Of a DNA stretch of 64,000 bases, positions 29,901-40,700 are shown piece after piece. The DNA is from an uncultured bacterium. Its GTDB lineage: Bacteria; Verrucomicrobiota; Verrucomicrobiia; Limisphaerales; UBA8199. Made by a program: the position numbers and the translations under genes. Below the pieces are notes generated by a model. The model was not told the origin of the DNA and ran no database searches. It was given only the letters and a program-made list of their open reading frames with translations. Each line of letters opens with the position of its first letter. Position 1 is the first letter of the stretch. Location of the stretch: NCBI GenBank assembly GCA_963749495.1, contig CAVVMW010000010.1, forward strand, positions 352,001 through 416,000. The letters run 5' to 3'.

Positions 29901-31343
29901 CGGGGTCACAATCACGGTCAAGTTGCCGGGCGAGCTGGTGATCGAGCCATACGCATCGGTCACGACCACGGAGTAGCCGCCGGCTTGCGCCGCCGAGACG
30001 TTGGCAAGGGAGAGGCTGGTCAGGGTCGCGCCAGAGAGGGGCAGCCCCTGGAATTGCCATTGGTAGCCCAGCGGCCTGGGGCCGTCAGCCGTGACCTGGA
30101 GGATGGCCGTATCGCCGCAGAGATTGGTGGAGTTGGGGGGCTGGGCCACGATCCAGGGCAAGACACCGATGGGGGTGAGCACCGCCGGGCGGCTCACCGT
30201 CACGCCCAAGGAATTGCTGAGGATGAGCGTGAACGTCGCGCCATCGGTCAATTGTACGTTCGGCACCACGTAGGAATTGGTCGTGGCGCCCGGGAGATTC
30301 AGCCCGTTCTTCTGCCATTGATAGGTGATGGGCTGGAGGCCCGCCGCCAGGGCCTCGAACCGGGCGTCATGCCCGAACGGGACGACTTGGCTGGCCGGCT
30401 GCAGGAGGATGCAGGGGGAACCGTCGCCCCAGATAGCCAGGCTGTGGTAACCGCCGGCGCCGATGCCGCAATAATTTGCCTGGCCCGCCCCCGTGCCGGA
30501 CTGGCCGTGGGTATTATCGCCCCACCCGGCCAGCGTCCCATCGGCTCGGAGCGCCAGGCTGTGCAGTGCGCCCGCGGCAATGGCAACCACGTTCGACAAG
30601 TTGGCCGGCACCGTCGCCTGCCCGGCGTCATTGCGGCCCCACGCCACCACCGTGCCGTCGCGCCTCAGGGCCAGGCAATGGCCGCCGTTGGCCGCGATGG
30701 CCAGGACATTCGTCGCCTCAACCGGCACATTCGTTTGGTTATAAGTGTTGTCGCCCCAGGCCGAGATCGTCCCGTCGTTCCACAACGCCACGCTGAAATG
30801 ATCACCGGCTGCTACGGCCACCCCGTTGCGGGGCCCCACCGGCGCGGTGGATTCGTTAGACGAGTTGTCGCCCCAGGCCAGGACCGTGCCGTCGCTCCTC
30901 ACGGCCAGGCTGTGGTCGCCCCCGGCCGCAATCCCAACCACGTTGGTCAGGCCGCCGGGCAGCGTCTCCGACTTGCCCCAGAACGCCACCGTGCCGTCCG
31001 CCTTGAGCGCCAGGCTGTGATACGCGCCGCCCGCGATGGCCACGACGTTGGCCAAATCGGCCGGCACGTCCACCTGGTTGTAGCTGTCGTCGCCCCAAGC
31101 CACCACCGTGCCGTCGCTCCTCAAGGCCAGGCTGTGAATGCTGCCTCCGGCCACCGCCACCACCCCCGACTTTGCGCCATCCGGAATAGGCGAGACCTGG
31201 CCCGCGTTGTTGTAGCCCCACGTGGTTGCTATCCCCGCCCCGTAGCTCAGGGTCGCCGCTTGATGGCTCAGCAGCAGAGCCAATACCCATCCGTGCCCGA
31301 GCCAACCGCCTGCACGCCTGCGCAAATCTACTGGAACGTTCAT
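26976..31343 (-). CDS. Large secreted protein: RCC1/BLIP-II propeller, Ig-like repeats, putative-Ig (He_PIG) repeats, VWA domain
   Basis: AIAGGAYHSLALKADGTV repeats; QP…YQW Ig units; LPPGLTLNPTNGIISG; LVLDFSES…IFVSDG; start uncertain. Confidence 0.85.
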   Translation of the reverse strand: MNVPVDLRRRAGGWLGHGWVLALLLSHQAATLSYGAGIATTWGYNNAGQVSPIPDGAKSGVVAVAGGSIHSLALRSDGTVVAWGDDSYNQVDVPADLANVVAIAGGAYHSLALKADGTVAFWGKSETLPGGLTNVVGIAAGGDHSLAVRSDGTVLAWGDNSSNESTAPVGPRNGVAVAAGDHFSVALWNDGTISAWGDNTYNQTNVPVEATNVLAIAANGGHCLALRRDGTVVAWGRNDAGQATVPANLSNVVAIAAGALHSLALRADGTLAGWGDNTHGQSGTGAGQANYCGIGAGGYHSLAIWGDGSPCILLQPASQVVPFGHDARFEALAAGLQPITYQWQKNGLNLPGATTNSYVVPNVQLTDGATFTLILSNSLGVTVSRPAVLTPIGVLPWIVAQPPNSTNLCGDTAILQVTADGPRPLGYQWQFQGLPLSGATLTSLSLANVSAAQAGGYSVVVTDAYGSITSSPGNLTVIVTPTITNQPQAVSVYCGRDASFLVSATGPSPLSYQWLFTGTPIAGATAPVLGLTGVTNGQDGPYSVAVACPCGSVTSAVAYLTLLAIPVITNQPQPSLVAFCGDTVTNSVGATGPTPLSYQWFFGGAPMPDATNATLILPGVTNGNVGQYSAVVSCACGAITSSVATLAINPEPPLITSSLTNAAVQGQPFAYAITALHNPVLYISSVLPPGLTLNPTNGIISGSNFESGTFYIRLGTVNACAGDSKLLRLDVSSSAPAVTSATNATGTAGANFSYTIAATQSPTSFSAQNLPPGLLLNQASGVIAGIPAYAGEYDATLAASNPWGTGSGQLHISIGYGQVTGLSIVNVHTNYSKPYLLDIQFGLRDNNDPTMGDPLVVDPGLLSVAAFEDTNQVDPSETAFILKRVIPGALKVKLELVLDFSESIGSIALNGDSNGNGISDSVEAEVTAAETFVTQQPASTQIGVWEFHRKDLAPNRVVGLTNETAAFNAIAGIWTNYINYNETSSRCWNALVAAIKDLGANNSSEMHAVIFVSDGNDNSSTSTVLDVIKAATNANVQVYCVGFGQNINTANLQEITGASGGTYLTGQTAADLAGQFAQIGKVFTGLYRLRWVTPKICGAPIFMPSFSITYNGLTAVSPTNPWWVSNYDIITTNIDPTTSNATYVTNSYSTNVTNFTVFSPYDPCKYAGDVNVGLLHLQPNATLPSTASLYADYLPPYIRQFNLHFRLNWPGTMAAATNAADLLAGWTATPTDDGSNGTWLLLSAPDPYSGPGVQTNSLAWGSFGEVVDFSFRDAITTNTAFGIFGVDTNLYALTNNTPGYTGQGMSNYLNGMVTNLPTLPYGTPVGWLMANGFTDPTTWTNAETLDSDNDGMLNWQEYQANTYPKDPTSRLAITSVSVSPLDGRWQVTFRSALFRTYQVLATTDLVTWRVVQDGISGTGANITVLDTTFVPSVQTYYRLRVYRAEPGAGRRVATP

Positions 31344-31642
31344 TTTCTTAGACAAAATCTGCATTTGCATTGCACACCGACACACTCTGCCGTTCTGTGG
31401 CCCTTCCCGCTCATCCTCCATAGGCCGGCACGGCTGCCGGTTTGCAACGGCGCCCTCTGCGGCTGCCTGCTCTCCCGGATGAGCCAAGTCGCCTGCTCTG
31501 CTGAACGCCCTGAATTCTGCCCTCCGAACCAGGGATTGACAAGTACATTTCCTCCACCCTCATGGGGTGTGCGTCCAAACGCACACCCCGGAGTTGACTT
31601 CGGGCGGCCCGCAGGATTAACCTGGGAACTCCGAGCCCGCAT

Positions 31643-31721
31643 CTTTGTCGCAACCTTTGTCGCTGCCTTTGTCGAGGCATGGCCAACCCGACAAAGGTTT
31701 CGACAAAGGCTGCGACAAAGG
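31643..31721. repeat. CTTTGTCG/CGACAAAG palindromic repeat
   Basis: Same family as 20467 and 22936. Confidence 0.7.
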
Positions 31722-31767
31722 TGCGGACCCGCGGCGCTCGTGGAAGAAGCCGGCGCTGCAGCGCCCC

Positions 31768-32594
31768 TCACCCCTCGGTCTGGTGGTAAATGGCAAGGGC
31801 CTGTTCGAGGGCGGCACCTTCGAGGACCAGGGCACGGATGGCTCTCAAGGTGGCGACAGGCTTCTTGCTGCCCCAGACGCGCCTGCCGATTGCCGCTCCG
31901 CTGGCGCCGTGGCTCATGGCCTCGTGCAATTGACGGAAGATGTCCAGCTCGCCGCCGCCCTTGGGCCCCCGGCCATGATGACCGGGAGATGGCCCGTGGC
32001 CACAGCCTGTTGATAGCCGGCGGGGTCGCCGTTGTACACGGTCTTGACCACGTCGCACCCGTATTCCAATCCCAGGCGGATGGCCATGGCCAGATCGGAG
32101 GAAGCCGGCATCAACTGGGCCGCGTTCCTGGAGGAGACGCGGGGGATGATTTCGCCGCACAGGGGCAGGCCGATGCGTTCGCACTCGGCCGAGACGCTCG
32201 CCAGCTTCTTGAGCAATTCGGATTCCAGGGGCGCGTCATCTATGCCCAGGTAGCAGTTGACCACCGCCATGTCCGCGCCCAGCGCCGCTGCCTCCTGGGC
32301 GCTGTGCAGCAGGTGCATGCGGGTGTCCGGCCCCCCGAGGTGGGAAATCGTGCTGTCAATGCGCATGATCACTCCCAGGTCCCCGATTTCGTGGACGGCC
32401 TGCCGCAACGCCCCCGCGGTCAGGAGCACCGCGGTCGCCCCACACTCCCGCGCCAGGGTGAGCAGTCTGGCGGGGTCCTCGGTCCCGGGCTGGGGGCCAA
32501 AGTAGATGGGATGATCCAGCGGCAGCACCAGCGCCTTGCCGTTGCGGAAGACCCGCCGCAGCCGCAGTTGTTTGCCCAGGCTTGTTGCAATCAC
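31768..32594 (-). CDS. Class I aldolase (FbaB/LsrF/DhnA family), frameshift near 31965
   Basis: LPLDHP, LGADM, GCDVVKTVY (Schiff-base Lys), MAGG, then GASGAAIGRRVW in the shifted frame. Confidence 0.82.
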
Positions 32595-32764
32595 AGCAAA
32601 ATGATGGGCATGTCGGCGCCGGGTGTCGAGTGTCGAGTGTCCAGGGACGAGGGACGAGTGTCGAGGGCCGAGGGTCGAGGCCGAGGGCCAGTCGGACCGG
32701 TCTGACGCGTCGGACGGGTCAGACCGTCCCCATTCCGCATTTGTCATTCGTCATTTGTCATTCG

Positions 32765-34285
32765 TCATTCGCCCTCCCCCGTCGTCCCTGTCGTGAGATA
32801 GATCAACTCCCGCTCGGTTGCGGTGCGGCCGTCGAGCTCCCCGGCCAGGCGGCCCTCGTGCATGACCAGTATCCGGTCGCACAACCCGAGCAATTCCGGC
32901 ATCTCGGACGAGACGACGATGACGCCGTGACCGGCCTGGGCGAACTGGCGGAGCAGGCGGTGGATCTCGGCCTTGGCGCCGATGTCAATGCCGCGGGTCG
33001 GCTCGTCCACGATCAACACCTTTGGGTCTGTGGCCAGCCATCGGGCCAGGAGGAGCTTCTGCTGGTTTCCGCCGGAGAGGGTGCGGGTCTCCTGCTGGAG
33101 GTTGGCCCCGGCAACCCGCAACTCCTGCCAGGAGCGCTCTGCCAGCGCGCGGCAGAGGCGCGGCCTGACCAGGCCCCGGGCCGAGCATCGCTTGAGGTTT
33201 CCGCACAGGATGTTGTCGCCGGCGCTCTGGTCCAGGAACAATCCCTGTTGCTTGCGGTCCTCCGGCACATAAGCGATGCCGGCCTGAATGGCCTGCCGGA
33301 CCGAGCGGAATCGACGCGCCCGGCCCTCCAGGACAATTCGCCCGGACTCCAGTGGATCGGCGCAGAAGATGGCCCGCATCAAGGCCGTGCGGCCCGCCCC
33401 GACCAATCCGCAGAAGCCAAGGATCTCGCGGCGGCGCAAGGCGAAGCTGATGTCGCGAAACCCGCCTCGGCTGCCCAGGCCTTCGGCCTCGAGCAGGACC
33501 TCGCCCAATTCCCGGGCCTTGGCCGGATACAGTTGCGTCAACTCGCGCCCGACCATCGCCCGAAGGACCTCGTTGCGAGACACCGCGTCGCGTCTCCAGC
33601 TTGCGACCACTGCGCCGTCGCGCAGCACCGTAATCCGGTCGCTGACCCGGAACACCTCGTCCAGGCGGTGCGAGATGAAGACGATCCCGGCGGACTTGGC
33701 CTTGAGTTTGCGGATAGTCTCCAGCACCAACTCGGACTCCTGCGCGTCCAGGGACGAGGTCGGCTCATCGAAGAGGATCACTTTGGGTTTCCAGGACAGG
33801 GTCTTGAGGATTTCGACAACCTGGAGATGGCTCATGCTGAGCGAGCCCACCGGCGCGGCCGCATCAATGGAAGGGCAGAACTCCCCCAGCATCCGTTCGG
33901 CCCGCCGGCGCAGTTCTGTCCAATCGATGAACCAGCCGCGGCGCGGCTCCAGGCCGGCCAGGATGTTCTCGGCCACGCTCAGATCCGGCGCTAGGCTCAA
34001 CTCCTGGTGGGCCATGGCTATCCCCGCCCGCAGGGCGTCGGCCGGGGACCTGGGCGCGAACTCCACGCCGCAGAGCCTGAGCGTTCCCGCATCGGGCGCG
34101 TGAATCCCGGCGGCGATGCGCAGGAGGGTGCTCTTGCCCGCCCCGTTCTCGCCCACCAGCCCGTGTACCTCGCCCGGGTAGAGGTCCAGCCCCGCATCGC
34201 GCAGGACCGGCACCTCCCCGAAACGCTTGCAGATGCCGCGCATCTCCAGCAAAGCGGGGGTCATGAGGGGACAGGTTGAGTCCAT
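32765..34285 (-). CDS. Sugar ABC transporter ATP-binding protein (RbsA-like, two ABC domains)
   Basis: GENGAGKST, DEPTSSL, LSGGNQQK, DEPTRGIDIGAK. Confidence 0.93.
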   Translation of the reverse strand: MDSTCPLMTPALLEMRGICKRFGEVPVLRDAGLDLYPGEVHGLVGENGAGKSTLLRIAAGIHAPDAGTLRLCGVEFAPRSPADALRAGIAMAHQELSLAPDLSVAENILAGLEPRRGWFIDWTELRRRAERMLGEFCPSIDAAAPVGSLSMSHLQVVEILKTLSWKPKVILFDEPTSSLDAQESELVLETIRKLKAKSAGIVFISHRLDEVFRVSDRITVLRDGAVVASWRRDAVSRNEVLRAMVGRELTQLYPAKARELGEVLLEAEGLGSRGGFRDISFALRRREILGFCGLVGAGRTALMRAIFCADPLESGRIVLEGRARRFRSVRQAIQAGIAYVPEDRKQQGLFLDQSAGDNILCGNLKRCSARGLVRPRLCRALAERSWQELRVAGANLQQETRTLSGGNQQKLLLARWLATDPKVLIVDEPTRGIDIGAKAEIHRLLRQFAQAGHGVIVVSSEMPELLGLCDRILVMHEGRLAGELDGRTATERELIYLTTGTTGEGE

Positions 34286-34340
34286 TGTCCCAGTCTATCT
34301 GAAAAGGCCCTCGAACCTCCCGGAAGCTTGAGAGCGGCAG

Positions 34341-34506
34341 ATTGAAAATTGAAAATTGAAAATTGCGGGCGCCGATCTTCGACCGGTTGCTCCAATTTGC
34401 AATTTGCAATTTGCAATTTTCAATCTCTCTCCGCAGAAGGGCCCTTTGGCCCCTTGGTCATTCGTCATTCGTCATTCGTCATTCGTCATTCGTCATTCGT
34501 CATTCG
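34341..34506. repeat. Heptamer microsatellites in an intergenic gap
   Basis: (ttgaaaa)x3 and (tttgcaa)x3 forming an imperfect hairpin, then (gtcattc)x7 at 34457-34505. Confidence 0.85.
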
Positions 34507-34519
34507 ATACGCCCCCAAC

Positions 34520-36610
34520 TCATTGCTCGCGCCGAAAGCACTCCACGTTTTGGCGGCTAATGACAAAACTGCCCGTATCAACATTGGGCGGCAGGGGATT
34601 GACCCGGACCTTCCGCCAATTGTCTGTGAACCGGATGCGCTCGTTGCGCAGGTCGTAGAGCATCTGGAGCGCAAGATAGGTCATCGTATAGGTCCGCTGG
34701 GCGATGGAGGCATCGATCACGCCTTCCCGGATGAATTCCAGCGTGGCCTCATCACGGTCCATGGCGACGATGCGGATTTTCCCAACTCGCCCGGCCTGCT
34801 TGACGGCAACGGCGGCGCCCTGGCCGCCGGCGGCGGCGACGCAGCCGAAGCCTGCGAGATCCGGATGGGCCTGGATGAGCGCGCGGCACTCCTTCTCGGC
34901 CTCGGTTTGCGAGCCGTGGTCGTTGCCAATCTGCACGATCTGAATGCCCGGCCACTTGGCCAGCGCATCCTGGTAGCCCTGGACGCGCTTGGCCAGGTTG
35001 TCCGCGCCCGGAATCGTCAGCAGCGCCACCTGGCCCCGGCCCTGGAGCAGCCGCGCCAACTCCTCTCCGCCCTGGTAGCCCGCATTGTAGTTGCCGGTGC
35101 CCACAAAACAGTAGCGTTTGCTCGACGGGGCGTCGGCGTCGGCGCAGACCACCGCGATGCCCGCGCCAATCGCCTCGTCAATCGCGGGCGTGAGCGCGTC
35201 CGCCATCGGGACCATGATGATGCCATCAACCTTTTGCGCGATGGCCCGCTTGACCTCATCGATCTGCTGGTTGACATCCACCGTGGGCGGCCCGACAAAG
35301 TTGGCGCTGACCCCCAGCTCTTTGGCCTTGTCACGCAGGCCGGCCTTGGAATCGATCCAGTAGGGGCTGCCGGTGGCGGCAGAAATCATCAGGTAGCGCT
35401 GGCCACTCACGCCGGCGGCGCCGCCGGCCAGGTGTCCGGGCTCGGAGGCCGATCTCCTTGTCTGGATGTGAAAGGCGATCACGCCCAGCAGCGCGAGCGC
35501 CAGGATGATGTTGAGAATTCGTTCCATACGCTTCTTGGAGGGTTTGAACAGGAGCGCGGCCATCCGCGCCAGGCCCGACAACCCGCCCGGCCTTGCCAGG
35601 ATGGCGGCCAGGATCAGCACGATGCCGACCGCAATTAGTTGGGACTCGGCTGCCAGGTTGATGAAGACCAGCCCCGTCGTGATGATCTGCATCAGAAGCA
35701 GGCCCAAAAATGACCCCAGGATGGTCCCGCGCCCGCCGGACAGGCTCGCCCCGCCCACGATGACGGCGGCAATGACGCGCAGTTCGGCGCCCATCCCGGC
35801 GTTGGCATCAATGGCGTTGGTGCGGCTGGTGGCCACCAGCCCGGCCACGCCGGCCAGGACACCCGTGAGCGTGAAGGCAAAGGTCTTGACGGCGGCGGTG
35901 GGGATGCCCGTCAAGCGGGCGGCCTCTTCGTTGCTGCCGATGAAATAGGCCTGGCGCAGGTAGCGCAGCCGCCGCATCAGCACGTCCGCCACCACAATCG
36001 CGACCAACAGCAGCGCCACCGGAAACCGGACCACGATCAGCCGCTCGCCCGGCATCGGGATGGCCAGGACCTTTCCCCAGGCAATGCTCAGAAAGTCCCC
36101 GGGAAAACCGGTCAGCGGCGAACTGCGCGTGATCACCTGGACCAGGCCCCGCACCACGCTCATCGTGCCGAGTGTGGCGATGAACGGGTTCACCTTGAGC
36201 CGGGTGATGATCGCGCCGTTGGTCCACCCAATCAATCCCCCAGCCAGCAGCGCGCTCAGCATGGCCAGCGGGACCGGCAAATGCCACCGCTTCATCGCCA
36301 GGGCAGCCGCCAGCCCGCAAAACGCCATCACCGAGCCGACCGACATGTCGAACGCCCCGCACACGATGACAACCGTCATGCCGATAGCCATCAGCCCATC
36401 CGGCGCCGCGTTCTCCAGAATCGCTACGGCCGTCTCGAGGTCGAAGAATCTTGGGTTGAGGACTCCAAAAACGAGGGCGGCCAGAACCACCGAGAGCACG
36501 ATGGCCAATTCCCGCCACTGGAAACGATGCCCGAAGGCCGCGCCCCGCGCTCGTTTGCCGGGCTTCGACCGGCCCATTGGGACTACAACCGGTTGCATTG
36601 GTGGCTTCAC
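34520..36610 (-). CDS. Fused sugar ABC permease (RbsC-like) + substrate-binding domain (RbsB-like)
   Basis: FDMSVGS, PFIATLG, IGSNEEAARLTGI, IAAVIVGGASLSGGRG, then an extra TM helix and a periplasmic-binding fold (VGTGNYNAGYQGG). Confidence 0.88.
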   Translation of the reverse strand: MKPPMQPVVVPMGRSKPGKRARGAAFGHRFQWRELAIVLSVVLAALVFGVLNPRFFDLETAVAILENAAPDGLMAIGMTVVIVCGAFDMSVGSVMAFCGLAAALAMKRWHLPVPLAMLSALLAGGLIGWTNGAIITRLKVNPFIATLGTMSVVRGLVQVITRSSPLTGFPGDFLSIAWGKVLAIPMPGERLIVVRFPVALLLVAIVVADVLMRRLRYLRQAYFIGSNEEAARLTGIPTAAVKTFAFTLTGVLAGVAGLVATSRTNAIDANAGMGAELRVIAAVIVGGASLSGGRGTILGSFLGLLLMQIITTGLVFINLAAESQLIAVGIVLILAAILARPGGLSGLARMAALLFKPSKKRMERILNIILALALLGVIAFHIQTRRSASEPGHLAGGAAGVSGQRYLMISAATGSPYWIDSKAGLRDKAKELGVSANFVGPPTVDVNQQIDEVKRAIAQKVDGIIMVPMADALTPAIDEAIGAGIAVVCADADAPSSKRYCFVGTGNYNAGYQGGEELARLLQGRGQVALLTIPGADNLAKRVQGYQDALAKWPGIQIVQIGNDHGSQTEAEKECRALIQAHPDLAGFGCVAAAGGQGAAVAVKQAGRVGKIRIVAMDRDEATLEFIREGVIDASIAQRTYTMTYLALQMLYDLRNERIRFTDNWRKVRVNPLPPNVDTGSFVISRQNVECFRREQ

Positions 36611-36669
36611 AATCCGTCCCGCAAGAGGCAGGCACCCGCCAACGCCCGCACCGGGCCCTCGGCAGGCCG

Positions 36670-36745
36670 GATCGTCCAGTGTACTTCGGGGCCGATGTTT
36701 TCACCCCCTCTCCCCACCCGTCAAGCCAATTCGCAGCCGCCTGAA
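36670..36745 (-). repeat. Partial copy of the promoter-like end of the 37341/45999 repeat
   Basis: gatcgtccagtgtacttcggggccgatgttttcacccc…tcaagccaa shared with both longer copies. Confidence 0.7.
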
Positions 36746-36827
36746 TCCTCGCCTGAGCATTTTTTGAGCACCACGGAATACACGGAATACACGGAATTCG
36801 TACACTGAAGCTATTTTTTCTTAAACT

Positions 36828-36856
36828 TTGACTTTCAGGCTCAAAAGACGCACAAT
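36828..36856 (+). promoter_or_regulatory. Putative sigma70 promoter of the MNT gene
   Basis: TTGACT-N17-CACAAT, 11 bp before the GTG at 36868. Confidence 0.5.
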
Positions 36857-36867
36857 CAAGCGTAACC

Positions 36868-37149
36868 GTGAGCAACGAGACAGACATTTTAATCAAGCGC
36901 GCCGCTGCCGAACTCAAGACTGCCGGTGCACGGGAAGTTTACGTCTTTGGCTCCGCCGCAAAAGGGACGGGTGATGCCGCTTCGGATCTCGACCTGGCGG
37001 TTTCCGGCCTGCCGCCATCGGTCTTCTATCGCATGGGCGCGCGCGTCAGTGATTTGGTCGGCCATTCGGTGGATTTGATTGACTTGGACTGCAACACGCC
37101 GTTCACCCGCTATCTCCGCACGGAGAATGAACTCGTCCGAGTGCGATAG
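36868..37149 (+). CDS. Minimal nucleotidyltransferase (MNT) antitoxin
   Basis: VYVFGSAAKG…SDLDLAV…VDLIDL (GSx10DxD). Confidence 0.88.
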   Translation: MSNETDILIKRAAAELKTAGAREVYVFGSAAKGTGDAASDLDLAVSGLPPSVFYRMGARVSDLVGHSVDLIDLDCNTPFTRYLRTENELVRVR

Positions 37150-37337
37150 ATCCGGAATACCTGCGTTTCCGTCATGTGTTTCGCAACGCTTATTCCTTTG
37201 ACTTGGATTGGAAGAAAATGGCGCCGCTGGTGCTGCGCCTCGAAGAAACATTTCAAAAGCTGGGAAATGCGTTGGATGATTTTCGGCGGGCACGACTCAC
37301 CCACAGCTCCCACGAGCTGGCCGAGGCCCCCGGTTAG
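37149..37337 (+). pseudogene. C-terminal remnant of the cognate HEPN toxin
   Basis: Startless frame EYLRFRHVFRNAYSFDLDWKKMAPLV…*; N-terminal part missing. Confidence 0.7.
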
Positions 37338-37340
37338 AGA

Positions 37341-37630
37341 AAAAGGGGGCAGCGGCATAGCTTGGTTGGTTTTGCTTCATATTCCGAGGTGGCCTTGCCC
37401 CGGGTCCGAGGGGGCGGCGTTCCCCAGCCATGTGCGTAAGCGGGCGTTGGCGCTCTTTGATGTGCCCGGATGCACGCGGGCGGCTATCGCCTTGATCGAA
37501 AGCGCCGTCTCTTTGCGCAGCGGCGGCGCGATCGCCGGGTTGGCCCGATCGTCCAGTGTGCTTCGGGGCCAATGTTTTCACCCCCTCTCCCCATCCGTTC
37601 AAGCCAATGCGCAGCCGGCGCAGCCCTCGC
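37341..37630 (-). mobile_element. Non-autonomous element: promoter-like end + RAYT 3' remnant
   Basis: Minus frame LRKETALSIKAIAARVHPGTSKSANARLRTWLGNAAPSDPGQGHLGI*; close direct repeat of 45999-46262. Confidence 0.7.
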
Positions 37631-37762
37631 ACAGGAGACGCCCCGTCCGCGTGTTTCTCGCGGCCAGGGCCACCCAGACGAGGCGTCCGCGCTCCCATCC
37701 GAGGCCGCCTTTGATTGCGGCCTGAACAGTTACCTGTCAAGAATGCCGGCAAGCGGACGTGC

Positions 37763-40700
37763 TCACGGCCTGAAGATCAGGCGGTAGAACTTGGCTGGCC
37801 CTTCAGTCGAAGGATCGGCGACGGCGGTCGTGAGCACGCTGCCATTGGCCGGGCTCTCGGCGAATGGCAGCACGGAATCCACCCAGACGCCGTTCAGGTC
37901 AGTGGTTTCCTGGGGGACAAAGGGAGTGCCGGAGAATGTCAGGTTGACAAGGCCATTGGACAGTGTGGCCGAGAGCACGGGTTGGGCGCCAACCGAGGTG
38001 TCGAGGGCCGGAGCCGGGCCATCGTCAGGCGAACCGATCCCCGCGAGGCCTTGGGGGGTCAGGGCCAGGGCGTGGAACTGGATACTGGAGAGGTAAAACT
38101 CACCGTTGGGGGCGCTGGCGTTTGTCTGGGCGCTGAGCAGGGTCGGCGGGCTGTTGCCCCAGTTGATGGGCAGCCCGATGGGCGTGGGCACGGTGAGGCT
38201 GGCGACGGGTTGGCCGTTGAGATAGATGGCCCCGTTGACGCCGATTCCATCCTGGGGATCATCAATCACCAAGGCCAGGCGGTTCCAGGCATCCACCGTC
38301 AGAGGCGCAGCCGAAGCGGCGTCAAACGGCACTCCGGCGGCGGAGCCGGTGAGGTGGGGGTTGTTCTGCGCGTCCAGGGTCAAGGAGACACCGTCCTGCC
38401 CGCTGCTGCCCAGGCAACAAACCAGGCTTTGAAAGAGCGTGCTGGGCGTTCCGAAGGAAGTGTCCGGCTCATAGAGGTCCATAATGACCGTGTAGCTGCT
38501 GACGGAGTTGCTGCCGGGCGGGGCGATGAGGGGCACCTGGATGGAGGGCGCAGGCAGCGGGTTGATGTGCATGACGTTGACGATCTGGCCGGCGGGATCG
38601 GGCAGTCCGAAGTCTTCCGTCGTGCCGGCGCTGAGGCTATAATTGGCGGCAAAACTCGACCCGGCCAGATTCAGATCAGGGCCGACGGTGGCGGCGAGCG
38701 GGTTGGCCGGCAGTGAAACGTCCCACCAGCCCCAGTTCCATGGCCGTGGCTGCGTCACATTGAGCCGGACGTATCCGGTGGCGACGCCGCAAGAATTGGA
38801 GACGAGGACCGAGTAGAGGCCGCCGTCGGAGAAACCGAGCGGGTGGACTTGCAGAGTGGAAGTGGTGACACCGGAGTCGTGGCCGTTATTTGCCAACTTC
38901 ACATTATTATCGCACCACTGGTAACTCAATGGCGGGGTGCCGGCAGCATTGACATTGAACGTGGCTACGCCGCCCACCGGCAAGGCTCGCCCCGGAGTGA
39001 TCGAGAGGATGGCCGGCGGCGCGCAGGTCGAGCAACCGGCGAAGGCGCTGGTGAATTCGACACGCAAGCCGGTCCAACTCGAAGGGTCGGTGTTGGTCAC
39101 GACGAAAGTCAGCGTGTTGGGGCCTGAGACAAAACCGCTGCCGGCGGGAATGATAAAATGCGTCCATTGCGCAAAACCGGCGTTGCCATTGACGGTAGCC
39201 CCTCCGTCGATGGCCGGGATCTGGTTGGCATTGAGATACATCAAGGCTTCGTTGTCCGCCGCCCACCGGCCCGAGATGGCGGCGCTGGCCGGGTTAAAGC
39301 CGGCGGGCAGATTGAATGGCAGCGTGTATGTGTAACCGCCGTAGGGGCTGCAGCCGTTGTTGGTATAATCAGGAGCGATCCACTTCGACACGGCGGGATG
39401 GAAAGCCGGGTCTGGAGGCAAGCTCCATGGAGTATATTCGTAGCAAGTGTAGTTAAGGTAGCGATTCAACCACGCACAAGCGGTGCCGGTGGGATGGCAT
39501 GTGTCTGAGACGGCGACCGCATTGCCGAAGTAGTCGCTGGGCATGCCTGCCGGCACGGCCGCAGGCGGCAGCGCGTAGTGAGGATCAACCGTGTCATCCG
39601 CCAGCAACCCGCCGCTGCCGTCCACCCCCGTATTGAACAGAGCACCCAGGAAGGATTGCGGCCCGCCAACGCTCAAGGAAACCACCCGGGTGGTGGAATT
39701 GCCATTGCAATCGGTGACGGTGACGGTGATGGAGTGAATTCCCGGGCCGATCGGTGTGCCGCACGGCGGCGACTGGGTGATCCTCAGTGACGATTGCAGG
39801 CAACAATTGTCCGTGGCGGTTACGGGCACACAGGGCACGAGACAGTTGGTCGCGGTCATATTCGTCGGGCACACCACCACGGGGCCCGTTTTGTCCTCTC
39901 CCAACACCAGGACCCGGCACTGGCTGGAATTGCCGCAGAGGTCGGTCACGGTCAGGGTGACAACCTGGCTGTGCCCTGAAGCAATCGTTCCGGCCGGCGG
40001 CGATTGCGTGTACACCAATTGGCTGGCCGGTGTGCAGTTGTCCGTCGCGACCGGGTGGATGAGGGGTATGACAAGCGCACAATTGGTATTCAACGCCACA
40101 ACGATTGCGTTGGTTGGGCAGGAGATGGTGGGCGGGGTGGTGTCCACGACGGTTACAGTCTGGCTGCAGGCGCCGCTGTTGCCGCACGCGTCGGTCAACA
40201 GCCAGGTCTGGGTGATGACCTTGGGGCAGAGGCCGTTGGTCATGGCGCCCATAGAGGTGATGGTCACGCCGTTGGTCACGGCGCCGGTCGAGGTGATGGT
40301 CACGTTGCTCCCGCAACACGAGGAGGCCGAGGGCAGATCGAAGGTCCAGGCGCTGCCGCACTGCACCGTCTTGTTGGTCGGGCAGGTCACGGTGATTCCC
40401 GTGGCGCAAGGCGGTTTGCACTTGCCCCCCGCCCCGGCGCTGTAAATTGCGTAAAGTTCCTTGATGGCCAGCGCGCGGTTGTACACCTCCACCTCGTCAA
40501 GCCCGCCCAGCCACGGCACGTTGCCGCCCAAAGGCGAGGCCGCCACCCAGAACAAGTTCGTGTTAGCCAGGTTGCCCGGCGTCGGGGTGAACGTCCCGCT
40601 CGGCCCGGCGTCCACGTAGAATTGGCCCTGGGGTGTGGTGCTGCTCTGATTGAGGCTCACAGCCACAAAGTGCCATTGGCCGTCCGCCGGCACCGTCGCG

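Noticed and set aside
20467..31721. CTTTGTCG-type repeats as a CRISPR array
   Set aside because: Units are about 12 bp arranged as dispersed palindromes with no unique spacers; no cas genes.
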